DNA of 64,000 nucleotides from Octopus vulgaris (GCA_951406725.2 OX597827.1:25420001-25484000); one strand, 5' to 3'. Shown: positions 28,910 to 42,464, counted from the first letter of the stretch. The notes: a model not told the origin generated them from the sequence alone. A program made the numbers and translations.

Positions 28910-29468
28910 ACACTGGAAGCTATGCCAACACTATGGAATAACAACAGAAAAAAATGGTATAGGCACACGCCAGAAAAGATCACAGAAAACGAGAAAGCAA
29001 CCATACTCTGGGATATGCCAATACACACAGTTAGAAAAATTAAGGCCAATAGACCAGATATAGTTGTCAGAGATCATGAAGAAAAAAACTGCTTTCTAAA
29101 TGATGTATCAATGCCGGCAGATGACAACGTTTCTCTAAAAGAAATGGAGAAACTTTCAAAATACAAAGACCTTGAAATATAGGTAACTCGAATGTAGAAT
29201 ATAAAAACATAACCAATTCCTATCATAGTAGGCGCATTAGGTATGATAAAAAATATTCAGACAAATACATAAGAAAAACAGCAGGACTTACAAATATATA
29301 TCTAACATACAGAAAATTGCACTACTGGGCACTGCAGACATCATACACAAAACACTTTCAATACAGTAAAAATAAGAGCACCACAACAAATCACAACACA
29401 TACCCAAGGCACACAGAGCTGCGCTCGGTATTGAAGTGAAAGCACGTTATAAAAATAAAACTACTGAA

Positions 29469-29527
<59 letters not shown>

Positions 29528-29555
29528 ATAATAATAATAATAATAATAATAATAC
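28910..29555 (+). mobile_element. R4/Dong-like LINE 3' end with (TAC)n(TAA)n tail
   Basis: WYRHTPEKITENEKATILWDMPIHT..IKANRPDIVV.D....CF..DVS.P.D.NV..KE.EK..KY.DL (RLE endonuclease), then 3' UTR and trinucleotide tail. Confidence 0.85.
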
Positions 29556-29725
29556 CTTAGGAATGACAACCCAGGTTCGGAATTTCCCCAAGGCACCTGA
29601 TGAAGGCTGGAGGGTATATCAGCCGAAACGTTGAGTTAACAACAAACAAGATGAGGACGAATATCCGTCAAATGTAAATAATGTAAATGATGTACATAAT
29701 TCCTCATCTCTCAAATAAAGAACAG
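29552..29725 (+). mobile_element. 5'-truncated copy of the tRNA-hammerhead element (see 33988-34281)
   Basis: cac-CTGATGA-aGGCTG-gagggtatat-CAGCC-GAAACGTT, plus tail ccgtcaaatgtaaata..aataaagaacag. Confidence 0.75.
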
Positions 29726-30033
29726 CTTTATATTAGTGAGAACCTATAAAAGATGGGGGTAAATAAATGCATGAAAACAAGAGAAGCATGGGAATTCAAA
29801 ACAAACGGATGAATATGCTTTAGACAGGCAAATGTTTAATGCAAGGATCGACTGTGAATTGCTCCTTTTTGGTTGTGGAGGATGGTAAGAAAGAAGAAAC
29901 AAAAACAAAATAGGTTTTATTTATAGAATATCTCAATGTATAATTACAAAAGAAGCATTTTCCATTCAACACGTGGGCGGGCGCGCAAGCATGTATGATG
30001 AGGCACACACACACACACACACATACACACATA

Positions 30034-30066
<33 letters not shown>

Positions 30067-31236
30067 ATAAATATATATATATATAGATGGAAAGAGAGAA
30101 AGATATGTATATGGCCGGAAGCGCGCGTGTGTGCGTGTATATTTACGTGCACAGACACACACACATATATAATATATATCACATATATATATATATGCGT
30201 GTGTGTGCAAATATATATTCGAATACGTGTTTATAGGTGTGTGTGTGTGCGTGCGTGTGTGCGTGCATGTGTGTGGTGGTGGTTGTACGCGGCCGCATAG
30301 AAACTTTGGAAGCTGGTGATTCACACCATCGTTAAATTCCAAAGACAGTGTGTTTGTGTGTGTGATCCTTCGGGCGGGAAAAAGATGAATCATTTATGTC
30401 GATTGAAGGGTCCAATGTAACGAGCGTCTCTAACTAGCAACTGCAGTAAATCATCAGGTGTTAATGAATCAAAGAAATATCGTTACCTGTATTGAGTTCT
30501 CTTCTGTCAGTCTGTACTGCCAAACATTTATATAAACACACACACACACACATACACACGCACGCTGGCGCATGCGTTACACTTGCACGTATGCATACGT
30601 AAACGCAGGAACGCATGCGTATACATACATACCTCCAGGAATGCAACCGTGCGTATACATACACACACGCATGCAGATGTACACTGCCTACACACATATG
30701 TACTTACCTACCTACCTACCTACCTACCTACCTACCTACCTACCTAACTAACTACATAGGCACATACATACATACATAAATAATATATACATACATACAT
30801 ACATACATACATACATACATAATACATACATACATACATACATTCTTTTAGTCACAGCTTGGACAGTAGGGTGCAGTCACTTCAATACGTTTACTGCATA
30901 AAAGAGAACTAGGAATGGTATTTATTTTCATGCCAAATACCCATCTTCCACACGCATAATGTGGGTGTAAGAAATGTAGAATTATATATGCTGAAAAATA
31001 TCCATTTACGACCATGTTCTCTCACTTACCCTTTATATCTCTCTCCATGTTTCTCCTCAAATATATAGGTCTCCAATACTAGACTAGAATCTTTAGTCAA
31101 TACAATTTATTAACTTTAAGCTAATAAATATTGTTATTATTTACAGAATTGTCACTCGTCATCGCTTCTCAATTTATCGCATATACATACATATATATGC
31201 ATGTATAAAAACATGCATGCATACACACACGTATAC

Positions 31237-31297
<61 letters not shown>

Positions 31298-31834
31298 TCT
31301 GTCTGTCTATCTATCGATCTATGTATGTATGTATGTATCTGTATATCTATTTATCTATCTAGTTATCTATCTATCTATTACATATATGCATAAATGCGTA
31401 CACATATATACTTATATATATGTATATGTGTGTGCGTGCATTTGTGATTGTGTATATATATATATATACATATAAAGCAAATAAGTAAGAAGGTTGTCAA
31501 GGTAGTGTCTTACGGCCGTTGCAAGCGGCTCCATAAAATTGAACAATGCAAGTATTACAGCGCAATCTTCAGTTGCAAAATACAATTTTTCAACATATGT
31601 ACCTATATATGTATGTATGTATAATGAACTATGCGAAAAAAAGAATGCTTTAAAACAAACTAACATCCGAATACACGGTCGTGCCTCAAGTTAAAATATA
31701 TATTTCAAGCTATTTACTAAACTGTTTCTTTTTATGCACTGTAATATTTGTCTTCTTTTTGACTCATATTATCAAAATGAGAAGACATGTTGGCAAAGGG
31801 CTTGCAGTCATTCAATGATTGCAGTTTTGTGAAG

Positions 31835-32128
31835 GAGGATTAGGGGTTAGGGTTTTCGTCTCACAGTCGTAAAATCGTGAGTTTGATCGGGCACCGCGTT
31901 ATGTCATTAAGTAAGGCACTTTATTTCACATTGTCCCACTCAACTCAGCTAGCAGAAATGAGTTGTGCCTGTATTTCAAAGGACCAGCTTCTAATATTCT
32001 GTGAGAACCTACTTTGGAGGTACGCGTGTCTATGGAGTGCTCAGCTGTTTCCAAGTTTATTTCACGAACAGGCGGTTGTATTGAACGGTTCAACTGGAAC
32101 TCTCGACATCGTAACCGACGGAGTACCT
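31835..32128 (+). mobile_element. SINE family C-related, degraded
   Basis: taaggcactttatttcacattgtcccactcaactcagct..ctcgacatcgtaaccgacggagtacc; matches 57955-58232. Confidence 0.65.
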
Positions 32129-33267
32129 ATTATACGATTGGTACGTATATTGCCGACCGCGCACTATAAGGAAAAATAAAAATGTAATAAATCTCCTTCG
32201 GAAAGTACAGCTTGATATTCAACAATCCTTTTTTCTGCATATAACAATATATTGCAGCATAGCATACAGCTGCATAGTAAGTTGTAATATCTACTAAAAG
32301 CTTGTTGAAAATGGAATGATATTGCGAAATAGCAAGCTAGCAGTTAAAATGTTTTCAGTTGACAACCACATGGTCGTGACGTTGAATAAAGTCTAGTCTT
32401 CCATTAGGAAATGTAAAACAGAACACAGTAAAATCCTCTGCAAATGGATCCTGTAATTGTTTCAACATAACAATTACCGTTGCAAAAGGGGTTTAGGGAA
32501 GAACTTTGTGCTGCTATAGAAAGGCCGATATGCCGTTGCTTGCAAGTCACAAATTATATACACAGATCTTCTCAAACAACAGGGACACGGAGATTTCAAA
32601 TCCTAAAGATGATAAAAGTATATTATTACGACAAGCGAAGCAATCTGTGCTTCTGGATTACATTAAAAGGTTTAGGGATGGAATCGGATAGACAGAAAAG
32701 CGGAATAAAGAAACAATCGAGGCGTTTGAATAATTGGAAACATGTGTGGTTGCATAATGCTAACCATTCTCGTAGTGGAATTTTACAATGAGAAAATGTC
32801 CATATAATTGTACGGATTCATGGTGAAATTAATTAGCTAGTTTACGGTCGCATATTGCCCTCTAGGCATAATTTAAAGCGCCTCTTCAGCACAGTATCCA
32901 ACAAAAAGGTGGTAATTTAAACAGATGTGTGTTTAATTTGCCATTGGAAGAACGTGCAAATACAGGTTGGCGTTAATTTTAGCTTATGGATATTTGACAA
33001 CTTAAAACTGTTTTATCACGTTGCAGTAGTAACACAGATTCATGTCTTAAAGTGACTTTCGCTATTATTTACTGCGCCTGCAGCTCATTGAATCTAAAAT
33101 CTTGAGCTCCGAGAAATTCGATCGAGTTAAACGTGGAACATGATTGAATGCAAAAATTTCCGCCATTGAGATGAGAATTAGGTCAGCCTGCTGTTTAATA
33201 TTCTGCATGTAAATATATACAGGCACCAATGGAAGATCGTAAAGGAAGAGGTTAAACACATTCGATT

Positions 33268-33304
<37 letters not shown>

Positions 33305-33987
33305 ACACATTTGTATGATATATCTCACTATATATATATATGTGTGTGTGTATTAAATGCATGTGTGTGTATGTATGAGATATGTATGTATATAAGTGTG
33401 TGTATTCTTTTCTTTTCTATTCTAGGCACAAGTGTACGTATATGTGTATATATTATATAATGTATATATTTATACGTGCATGTGTGTGTATTATATATGT
33501 ATATATATAAAGATGTGTATTATGCCATTACATAGATGTATGTGTAGTACATGTATGTCTGTGCGCATATTATATTTGTGTATATGATATACGCAGACGT
33601 ATATTTAGAACTTTTAATATGTGTGTAAGCACACCTTTATGTATGTACGAATATATACATACATATATATATATATACATATCTATATATGTATGTATAT
33701 ATATGTATATGCATATATGTATATATGTATATGTATGTATATATATGTATATATGTGTGTGTGTGTGTGTGTATGTATATAGTATTAATAATGATAAGAA
33801 GAGAGATATTTACAGCATCTTTAACGGGGCCTTACACGAATTTCAGCTGCAGCTTCGGCGCACTGTTCGATATGCAACTAAGCATCATGGTCCCTACCAT
33901 ATGCCGTTTCGAAGTAAAACTGAAGAAATCAGCAAAGTGAGTGAATAAAATGTTTTTAGGGAGGTGTGGGTGCCGTTATTAATAATA

Positions 33988-34281
33988 CAGTTCTATATTT
34001 AAGAGATAAAGAATTATGTACATTATTTACATCATTTACATTTGACGGATATTTGACAGGCATATGGCATAGTGGTTAAGAGTGCGGGCTACTAACCCCA
34101 AGATTCCGAGTTCGATTCCAGGCAGTGACCTGAATAATAATAATAACATTGAAAAATACCTTAATAATGAGAACGCAGGTTCGAAATTTCCCCAAGACCC
34201 CTGATGAAGGCTGGAGGGTATATCAGCCGAAACGGACAAGATGATGACAAATTTCCGTCAAATGTAAATAATATAAATAAT
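33988..34281 (+). mobile_element. tRNA-promoter + hammerhead element with a 5' inverted copy of its own 3' end
   Basis: A box TGGCATAGTGG (34066), B box GAGTTCGATTCC (34108), CTGATGA..GAAAC (34201-34233). 33988-34056 is the reverse complement of the 3' tail. Confidence 0.75.
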
Positions 34282-34304
34282 GCTGTTATTAATAAATGTA
34301 GGAA

Positions 34305-34715
34305 TCTCCCGAAATAGTCACTTTGCACAGCAACACACCGGCCCCAGCATTCTTTCCACTTTTGGAATCCAGCCTGGAAGTCGTTTTCCATAAGCGTGTC
34401 GAGCACCTTCCGCCGTTCATTCTGCATCACGACAACGGTGTTAAAACGACGACCTTTGAACTGCATTTTCATCTTAGAGGAAAGATGGAAGCCTACAGAT
34501 GCTAAATCTGGCAACTAGGGCGGGTGTGAAAGCAATGCCAATTTGTCTTTGGCGAAAATCTCACGAGAGAGGAGAGCTCGGTGACAGAAAGAATTGTAGT
34601 CGCGAAAAGTTCCATTCTTCGCGCTGCCCAGAGCCGGTCGCTTTCGCCGGATGTCCTCCCTGAAACGATTCAAAACGTCGCAGTAATTAAACGATAAAAT
34701 GGAGTACATAAAATA
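34305..34715 (-). pseudogene. mariner-type transposase C-terminal fragment
   Basis: VLNRFREDIRRKRP..HPP*.PDLA..F.L..KMK..KGRRF..FQKW..CW.RCV..Q.DYF. Confidence 0.85.
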
Positions 34716-35005
34716 AAATGTACTTCACATTACATAACACCAAGCTTGGATCTGGGTTTACGAACGAACCATTTAAATGTTTATTGAAATATTTAGGCTG
34801 CTATCGCTGCCAACTTTGTCAGTTGTGCTTGTTTAAGGTATTGGCGAAATATGTGTAATATCTCATTCCTTGTAGTCTTTGAAGAATGTTTCTGTAATGA
34901 TTCCTTTGTAACTTGGTTGCATGGTAAATTGATTTAATGATAATTAGAATTAATGTTAATAAGATTCTCCTCTCTATCAACAATAGTCTACAATTGCGAA
35001 AAGTT

Positions 35006-35043
<38 letters not shown>

Positions 35044-35247
35044 TATATGCATACATATATGTACATACCTACATATATATGTATATATACATGCATATAT
35101 GAGTACAGTACGTAAGAAAAACGTTGACCCCCTTATTCGCATAATCACCGAACCTGGAACTTAACTATGGTCTGTCTATAGCACTTACTCAGCATTACCT
35201 GACACCTTTGGGTCTCAATGACACCATTACCTCTCATAACCTCTACA

Positions 35248-35280
<33 letters not shown>

Positions 35281-35399
35281 GAGGTTACATTTTGGTAGTA
35301 TCTAAACGTACAATGAGGTCAGTTCAAACTAAATATATCTCCCTCATTGTACATTTATGTATTACCAAAATGTAGCCTTTTTGAACTTATAATTTTCTG

Positions 35400-35810
35400 T
35401 GTATATATATACAGATACAATACCGATATTCCTCTGAACTTTTTAATAATTCTTTCTGTAAACTGTTTTTAACATTATCTTATTATTATCAAAGAATGTA
35501 TATATGTATTGTAATCTTTTGTACCCAATATTTTAATGAACTTGTCAAATTTTTTTATATTTTCCCAAGATTTTCCCTTGTAAACTGTTTTTAACCTGTC
35601 CTTATTATTATCAAAGAAAGTATATATCTATTGTAATATTTTGTGACAACCAGTACCTAACACAACAAAGCTTTTACATGATACTTTTGACAATCTTTTT
35701 CTAAAAAGTGAAACCGGTGAGGTAAATAAACATCTTTTAAAATTGTATTTTCAAACCTTCTTTCATATATAATTCCACTCGTGCGGTACCTTACAACTCC
35801 ACTTTGTTTT
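35400..35810 (+). mobile_element. PLE-type terminal repeat, TTGACAA hammerhead family (motif 35683-35723, cleavage triplet GTG)
   Basis: Homologous to 22420-22635 and to the reverse complement of 21875-22015. Internal duplication of tgtaaactgtttttaac..caaagaa. Ends at (TA)n. Confidence 0.65.
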
Positions 35811-36832
35811 ATATATATATATATATATATATTCTTTTCTTGAGTACTTTCGGTATTTAATATATACTTTCAAATTCCTTCTTGCTGGAATTTGTAGTAA
35901 TCTCAGTTATAAATGATAGAAAGCGTTCGACATTATTCATTAAAAGAAAAGATATATTATTTGTTATATAATGCTTTTTAGCTTCGTTTATCTGTGCTTA
36001 TCTGTGTTCAGAATTTAGGTAAGATATACGAATAGAAAATAAAAAAAAATTCAGGGAGTTTTGTAGCGTGACACTATGTTCCTCGTTGTACAAGCGAATG
36101 TGTCACGATCAACGTACTTGCAACACTTGCTCCAGCTAGCAGCGAAAATTCAATGATATCACAATCTACAAAGTTAGAAATAGGAGGTAACTTGGACAAA
36201 GCAGCTCTAAATATATTTTACTCGGAAATCAGACGATATAATACTGATGCTTGGAATATATTTCGTCTGAAACTTGTTCAAACATGTCTGATACTGGGAT
36301 GAGCAAATCAAGTTCGGTTTATGAGTTGTAATTACACCGACTAGTCAATACTTTTTATTCTATTACGCTCATTTATTCCATTAATCTATAAATACCTATA
36401 ACCTACTGACTTCGTAACGACCAATAAAAACCGCTCTCCTATAAAATTTTCTTTTGTGTCTAGTGAAATGAAACCATCACTAAGGTATAACGTGATTAAA
36501 TGCATTGATCTCCTTGCATATCTATAAACTTCACTCTTTATAAACGGCAACAACTCAATGTATATATGATTGTTTTATCTGTGAAATGTTAGCTTTTAGT
36601 AATTTTGTATTCATATACAAAATATTAACGTAATCACGTTATTGTCGTCGTTGTTGAATTAACCCTAGATCAACGTTTAGGAATGCTATGATCAAAGACA
36701 TACGATGATCATTCCTTTCGCTTTTTGTAATGTGCAGAAAGGTTTTAGTTTGAGGAAAATCTGTCTGCTATTTCTAGAACGCTCATTGGATGGTAATGTG
36801 TTTTTTTCCGTTGTGCTTGTAAATAACTTCGC

Positions 36833-37323
<491 letters not shown>

Positions 37324-38294
37324 ACTTCAGAAAATTTCGTTCATGTCATTCACAATATTATCTAACAATGTAAATTTAATCTTCATATGTATACAATCTT
37401 CTGATTACTCCTCGAAACAACATCCTACGAATAAATTAACTTTTGTGTGCATTCGTTAATTAAGTTAGAGAAACTAAGAACTTCATTAAAAAAAATATCA
37501 ATTCCAGTATTGAACCTGAATCAGTATTCATCGAGGGAGTCAGCATTGATTTCTACTAATATAATCACGATTCCCTTGACTAGTAATTAGCAGTTTCAAT
37601 TATATACAATATACAACACAGCAATTTACTGCTTTCCAATTAAAATGGGGTGACTCTTTAACTTTGCTTTAATACAAACCACTTAAAATTACTTTTAGCA
37701 CATATATACCTAATAAGGTAAATGTAATATTAGATGAATGCAGTTAATGAGTTAGCATAAAGCCATTCACCACTACATTCGTCTAGGAATCAAAGACCTA
37801 CCGTCTCCTATTTGTGTGCATGTCTGTCTCTTTTTCTTTCTTTCTCTATTCTAGCCAAAATATAACGGCCTTTACTCAGGCACATTAAACACTAGTCAAT
37901 CGTTAGCCGTCCTTTTCATCGAATTACGCGATGGGAAGTTCACGGCTGGAATGCACTTGGCTATACGTCTGTCTAATCAACAAGGCCCTAGAATCATTTA
38001 GTGACGTCAACAACAACACCAACAGCAATAACAATAAGGTGAGTTACTCCGAACCAACCAAAGAACCTGAGCATAGTCGCAGGGGCTGTTAGATATACAC
38101 TAGCCGCCAGACTTCTCTCATATGTAACTCTGCCGTCTTAAACAAAGAAAAATACTTCGAGCAATGTTCTCCCTGATGTACAAGACGATTGTTCTGGGTT
38201 GGAAAAATGGATTAATGTGCGTTTTTGTATGTGTACGCGAGTATATGTGTAAATATGTCCAACAAGTAATAGTAAATCATGATGTTATCTTTAT

Positions 38295-38342
<48 letters not shown>

Positions 38343-38346
<4 letters not shown>

Positions 38347-38859
38347 AAGTCAAATTGCGATAAAATAAATTATTATCGCTGGTATTTCTAGCACAAGCCA
38401 TATATTTTTCATATATCAGTACATTAAAGCGAAATATGTGCTAGAAACACAGAAGCTAGATAAATTTAGTGAAATGAAGATAACAACATTTACTAACTCG
38501 GTTCCTCTTAGACTGCAGTTTCGTTCTTTTCAGCAATAAAGATAATTTATTTGCTCAGGGAGAATTCATCGGTAAGAGCCCTGTTGTTCTGAGATCCTAA
38601 CTCACTAGAAGCATGTGCTTCTAATGATTTGCTCTCTCTAACTAATCAGATCACTGCGCAGACTCAGAACGTCCCGACAAAACTAGGGATTTCTGGTATA
38701 TTGTCTAACGCTCAAAATTTATCGAGAAATATGTAAACAAGTCAAATTGCGATAAAATAAATTATTATCGCTGGTATTTCTAGCACAAGCCATATATTTT
38801 TCATATATCAGTACATTAAGGCGAAATATGTGCTAGAAACACAGAAGCTAGATAAATTT
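38343..38859 (-). mobile_element. Hammerhead-containing element bounded by ~125-bp direct repeats (partial tandem, 392-bp period)
   Basis: 38343-38467 is almost identical to 38735-38859; hammerhead at 38505-38578 (-); (TA)n at the left boundary. Confidence 0.75.
38505..38578 (-). ncRNA. Type I hammerhead, CCGATGA core, long stem II
   Basis: Minus: CTCTTA-CCGATGA-attct..agcaaataaa ttatc tttattgct..agaac-GAAAC-tgca-GTC-TAAGAG. Confidence 0.75.
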
Positions 38860-39076
38860 GGAGGCGCAATGGCCTAGTGGTTAGGGCAGCGGACTTGCGG
38901 TCGGAGGATCGCGGTTTCGATTCCCAGACCGGGTGTTGTGTGTGTTTATTGAGCGAAAAAAACACCTAAAAGCTCCACGAGGCTCCGGCAGGAGGTGGTG
39001 ATCCCTGCTGTACTCTTTCACCACTCTAAAGGCGGTGCTCCAGCATGGCCGCAGTCGAAATGACTGAAACAAGTAC

Positions 39077-39093
<17 letters not shown>
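38860..39093 (+). mobile_element. Chimeric SINE: family C-like tRNA head joined to family A tail and poly(A)
   Basis: ggaggcgcaatggcctagtggttaggg..ggtttcgattccc head; 39027-39078 aaaggcggtgctccagcatggccgcagtc..tgactgaaacaag, then an A-run. Confidence 0.7.
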
Positions 39094-39107
<14 letters not shown>

Positions 39108-39474
39108 GTGTGTGTGTGTATACAAAATATGGGGGTTTAGTTCACAGGTGATCTAAAGGACTAGGTACTCTGGGTAAGTGCTGTAATGGATTACCAGGGT
39201 TCCAACGTCATAACCGAGACGGGAGATATGGAACGATTGTAGATTTCCGATGTAGCGGATATATGATTGCTAAAGAGGACAACAAACGCTAAGGCAAGGC
39301 AAACATCTCAAGTCATATACGTTATTATTACTGGAAAAACATTGGAGAAATATTTTTCCAATAATAATAACATATGAAGAAGGAGTACTGTTGGGCAGTT
39401 ATATATTATTCGCTACAATTGTTTCGAAGCAACGTAGTTCTCCAAGAATACAGGTATTTGATTAAGCAACCATT

Positions 39475-40965
39475 TGTTTGCATAAGGAGATCTAGTTATG
39501 CCGGCCAAACGCGCTCTCACGCTGGACAGAAGCAAGTCCATGCTGTCCAACAGCATCTCCATCGTGAGAGAAGCACTGGGGCGAGATACGAGTAGGGCGA
39601 GAGAAAGCTATTCCTAAAAGGTCGGGCGAAGGTGGTAAACGCGTACATCGCATCCGTCATCGATTACCGTCTGACCGTCGTGCCTTGACCCGATCCTACT
39701 ACCACCAAACTGGAACGCATATTCTTCCGCTTCTTGTGGAAGGGAAGTGTTCCAATGGTTAGGCGATCCATTTTCTGTCAATATCCGCTAAATGGAGGGC
39801 TGGGCATACCGTGGTTGATGCGCATTCATGCGCTGAGACTGCGACATCTCCGGTGCTTCAAAGGCGACGGTAAACAGGTGTGGTCGCCGTTTGTACGGCG
39901 CGCTTTTTCGCAGCTCGTCTCTTTGGCCGAACTGCAGTCGTGGATCAAACAGAGACCGAGGCTAGGCGAATGTCACTGCGAGTGCCGCCTTGCTCTCAAG
40001 CAACTCTGCCGTCCGGGACCATGCTTGTGCAACTTCAATTCTATAAAAGGCGTTCTATAGAGGATTAGTGGAGGGGAGGTGCGACGATGTTCTCGGGCAG
40101 GATCTGGGCGTCGACGAGGAACACTTGACCCGCCTGTTCAGGACAACTTTCGGGCCGGGACCTATGGACAATCACCAAAGATCCCTGGCCTGGCAGTGCT
40201 ATCGAGAAGCATTGCCCGTTCGGGATAAGCTCTACAGGTTCGAGACACACTGGACCGACTTGTCCGAGATGCGGTCAGAGCGACGAAACCGTTCTGCATG
40301 CAACGTGCGGTGTCCAGCCATTTCGAACCTGTAGGCTTATGCCGAACGGCTGCTGTCACGTGTGGGACGAGTTCGCTTGTCGGCCGCGTCTATCATGAAA
40401 CTTGCTCTGCCACCTTCCATTAACCGGGAAGGAAAGGCAGTGTCCAGTGGCTATGGTGAAAGAATGTGTGTGGTGGACTCGAGCGAAAGGATTAGAGACA
40501 AACACTTTCCTCTCTGGCTAATCGCTCATCGACGTTATCATGTACTACTTGGAAAGGACGGTGAGAAAAGAGTGGCAAGTTTTGACTCGTGAGAGATTCA
40601 ATAAAAGGTGGGTGAATGTAGCAAAGATGGTACGCGAGGAGCACGAAACCACTTTGAGCATGATACTGTAAATCGAAAAAAGAGACAGAGAGCACTCATG
40701 TGTTTTTCCCCTCCCTGCCTGAGGTTACCGTGGTTTTTTCATTAGGCTTTTCTCTCCACGGATAAACCTAGTCTGTTTTTTGTTTTTTTTACATTTATGA
40801 TATTTTCTCCCTTTTTTTCTCCCGATGCCTTTTGATCGCGTTTTTTCCCCGATCCCTTTTTAATCGGAAAACTATTTTCTCCTATTTTTGTCTATTTTCA
40901 AAAGAAAAGCTCTACATTGCATTTTGTCCCCTCTGTATTCGGCCCTGTGTGGCTAATAATGAAAC
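39475..40965 (+). mobile_element. L1/Tx1-like LINE 3' portion, degenerate, with (TATC)n tail
   Basis: Broken frames: LKGRAKVVNAYIAS, FRFLWKG..P.V.R...Q.P..GGLG.P, SLAWQCYREALPVRDKL, CPRCGQSDETVLH (zinc knuckle); 3' UTR shared with 320-751. Confidence 0.8.
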
Positions 40966-41056
<91 letters not shown>

Positions 41057-41166
41057 CCTATCTATCTATATATCTATATTAATACTTGTTTTGATGTTCA
41101 GTTATACAAACAATTACATTTTACATTGACTTAATGGCCTACTATACTTTTGTAGATTACAAATTA

Positions 41167-41276
41167 ATTATTCTTAAACTAGAATATTATTGAGATTGAC
41201 TTTCGGTTGTCCGGCGATGGCTTAGCTGACCGAAACTTCGAAGTCACTGTCAATAATATACTAGTTTAAGAATAAT
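41167..41276 (+). mobile_element. ~110-bp fold-back element with degenerate hammerhead
   Basis: Arms attattcttaaactag..gactttcggt / accgaaacttcgaagtc..ctagtttaagaataat; contains ccggcga..GAAAC-ttcgaa-GTC. Confidence 0.6.
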
Positions 41277-41876
41277 ATATATATAAATGTGTGTGTATTT
41301 GTTTGTTTGATGTCTGTATGTGTGTGTGTGTGTGTGTTTATGTATATGTGTGGTTGTCTTCTCCTGTGTATGTTTTAAGTGTATGTATGTGAGCCAGTAA
41401 TTAATTTGCATAGCCTTCGTGGCTATAAATATTTATATGTCAGCCATCCTTTACTTCTAACAAAAACTTTTGAACAGCTCAAAGTTTTACTCTCTCTCTA
41501 GAAATATCTATTAGTGTCTATTTCAACCCATTTAATGTGACTCACCTTGTCTATTTTGTTTTTCTAAGAAAAGCGTTCGTCATAGCAATTCTACGTATAT
41601 GTCTATAAAGCTACACGCCAAAGATATTTACCCTGAATTAGAACTGCTAAGCTGTGCATTACTGATATTATTTTTGAAAAATTCACTACTGTTACAATGG
41701 AAGCTAGAACGTACTCTCTCTCTCTCTCTCTATCTCACACACACACATCATACATCATATATACATATGCATCGTACATCATTTATGCTCATTATACATA
41801 CATGCATACATGCATACATACATACATTTTCCTTCTCTCTCCGTTTTTTCTTTCCCTCTTTTATTTACCTCTAAAT

Positions 41877-41990
41877 CCTTTCTGTCGAAGAGCGTAGACT
41901 CGAAACATAAAAGACATTTCCATTCTTCTCGGGCGTTAAACGAATACACCTGCTTGTTATTCCTACACCTGTTTTCAGTAAATTTGAACT
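41877..41990 (+). mobile_element. Short PLE-type end with decayed hammerhead
   Basis: ttt-CTGTCGA-aGAG-cgtaga-CTC-GAAAC-ATA-aaag; same architecture as 3258 and 46344; ends at (TA)n. Confidence 0.5.
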
Positions 41991-42464
41991 ATATATATAT
42001 GTGTGTGTATGTGTGTATACATACATATATACGTGTGTGTGTATACATGTGTGTGTGTATACATACATATATACGTGTGTGTGTATACATGTGTGTGTAT
42101 ACATACATATATACGTGTGTGTGTGTATACATGCGCGCATGTGTGCATAAATACGTGTGTGTGTGTATAAATACGTGTGTGTGTGAGAGGGTAACATACT
42201 TGATATGAGTGCGCAACAAGCAACATAATCAAAGAGTCTAGGACATTTACCGCCCCACTGGAAAATAACACCAGGTGATGATTTAAAACGTCTTAATATA
42301 TTGGAGAGGGGGTTATTGTCCTAGGAGGTAGTTGTCGTCGGGAGGAAGTGTCATATGCGGGTAACTATCATCGGGCGGGGGTTAATGGTCCTGATACATA
42401 ATTGAATGCTAAAATATTAAATTCGATTTCATTACTCTCTTTTATTGAGGGAATTAATAACCAT

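Noticed and set aside
34059-34131. Functional tRNA gene (and similar heads at 22793, 38860, 15098)
   Set aside because: Acceptor stems do not pair well and each head continues into a repeat body, so these are SINE heads.
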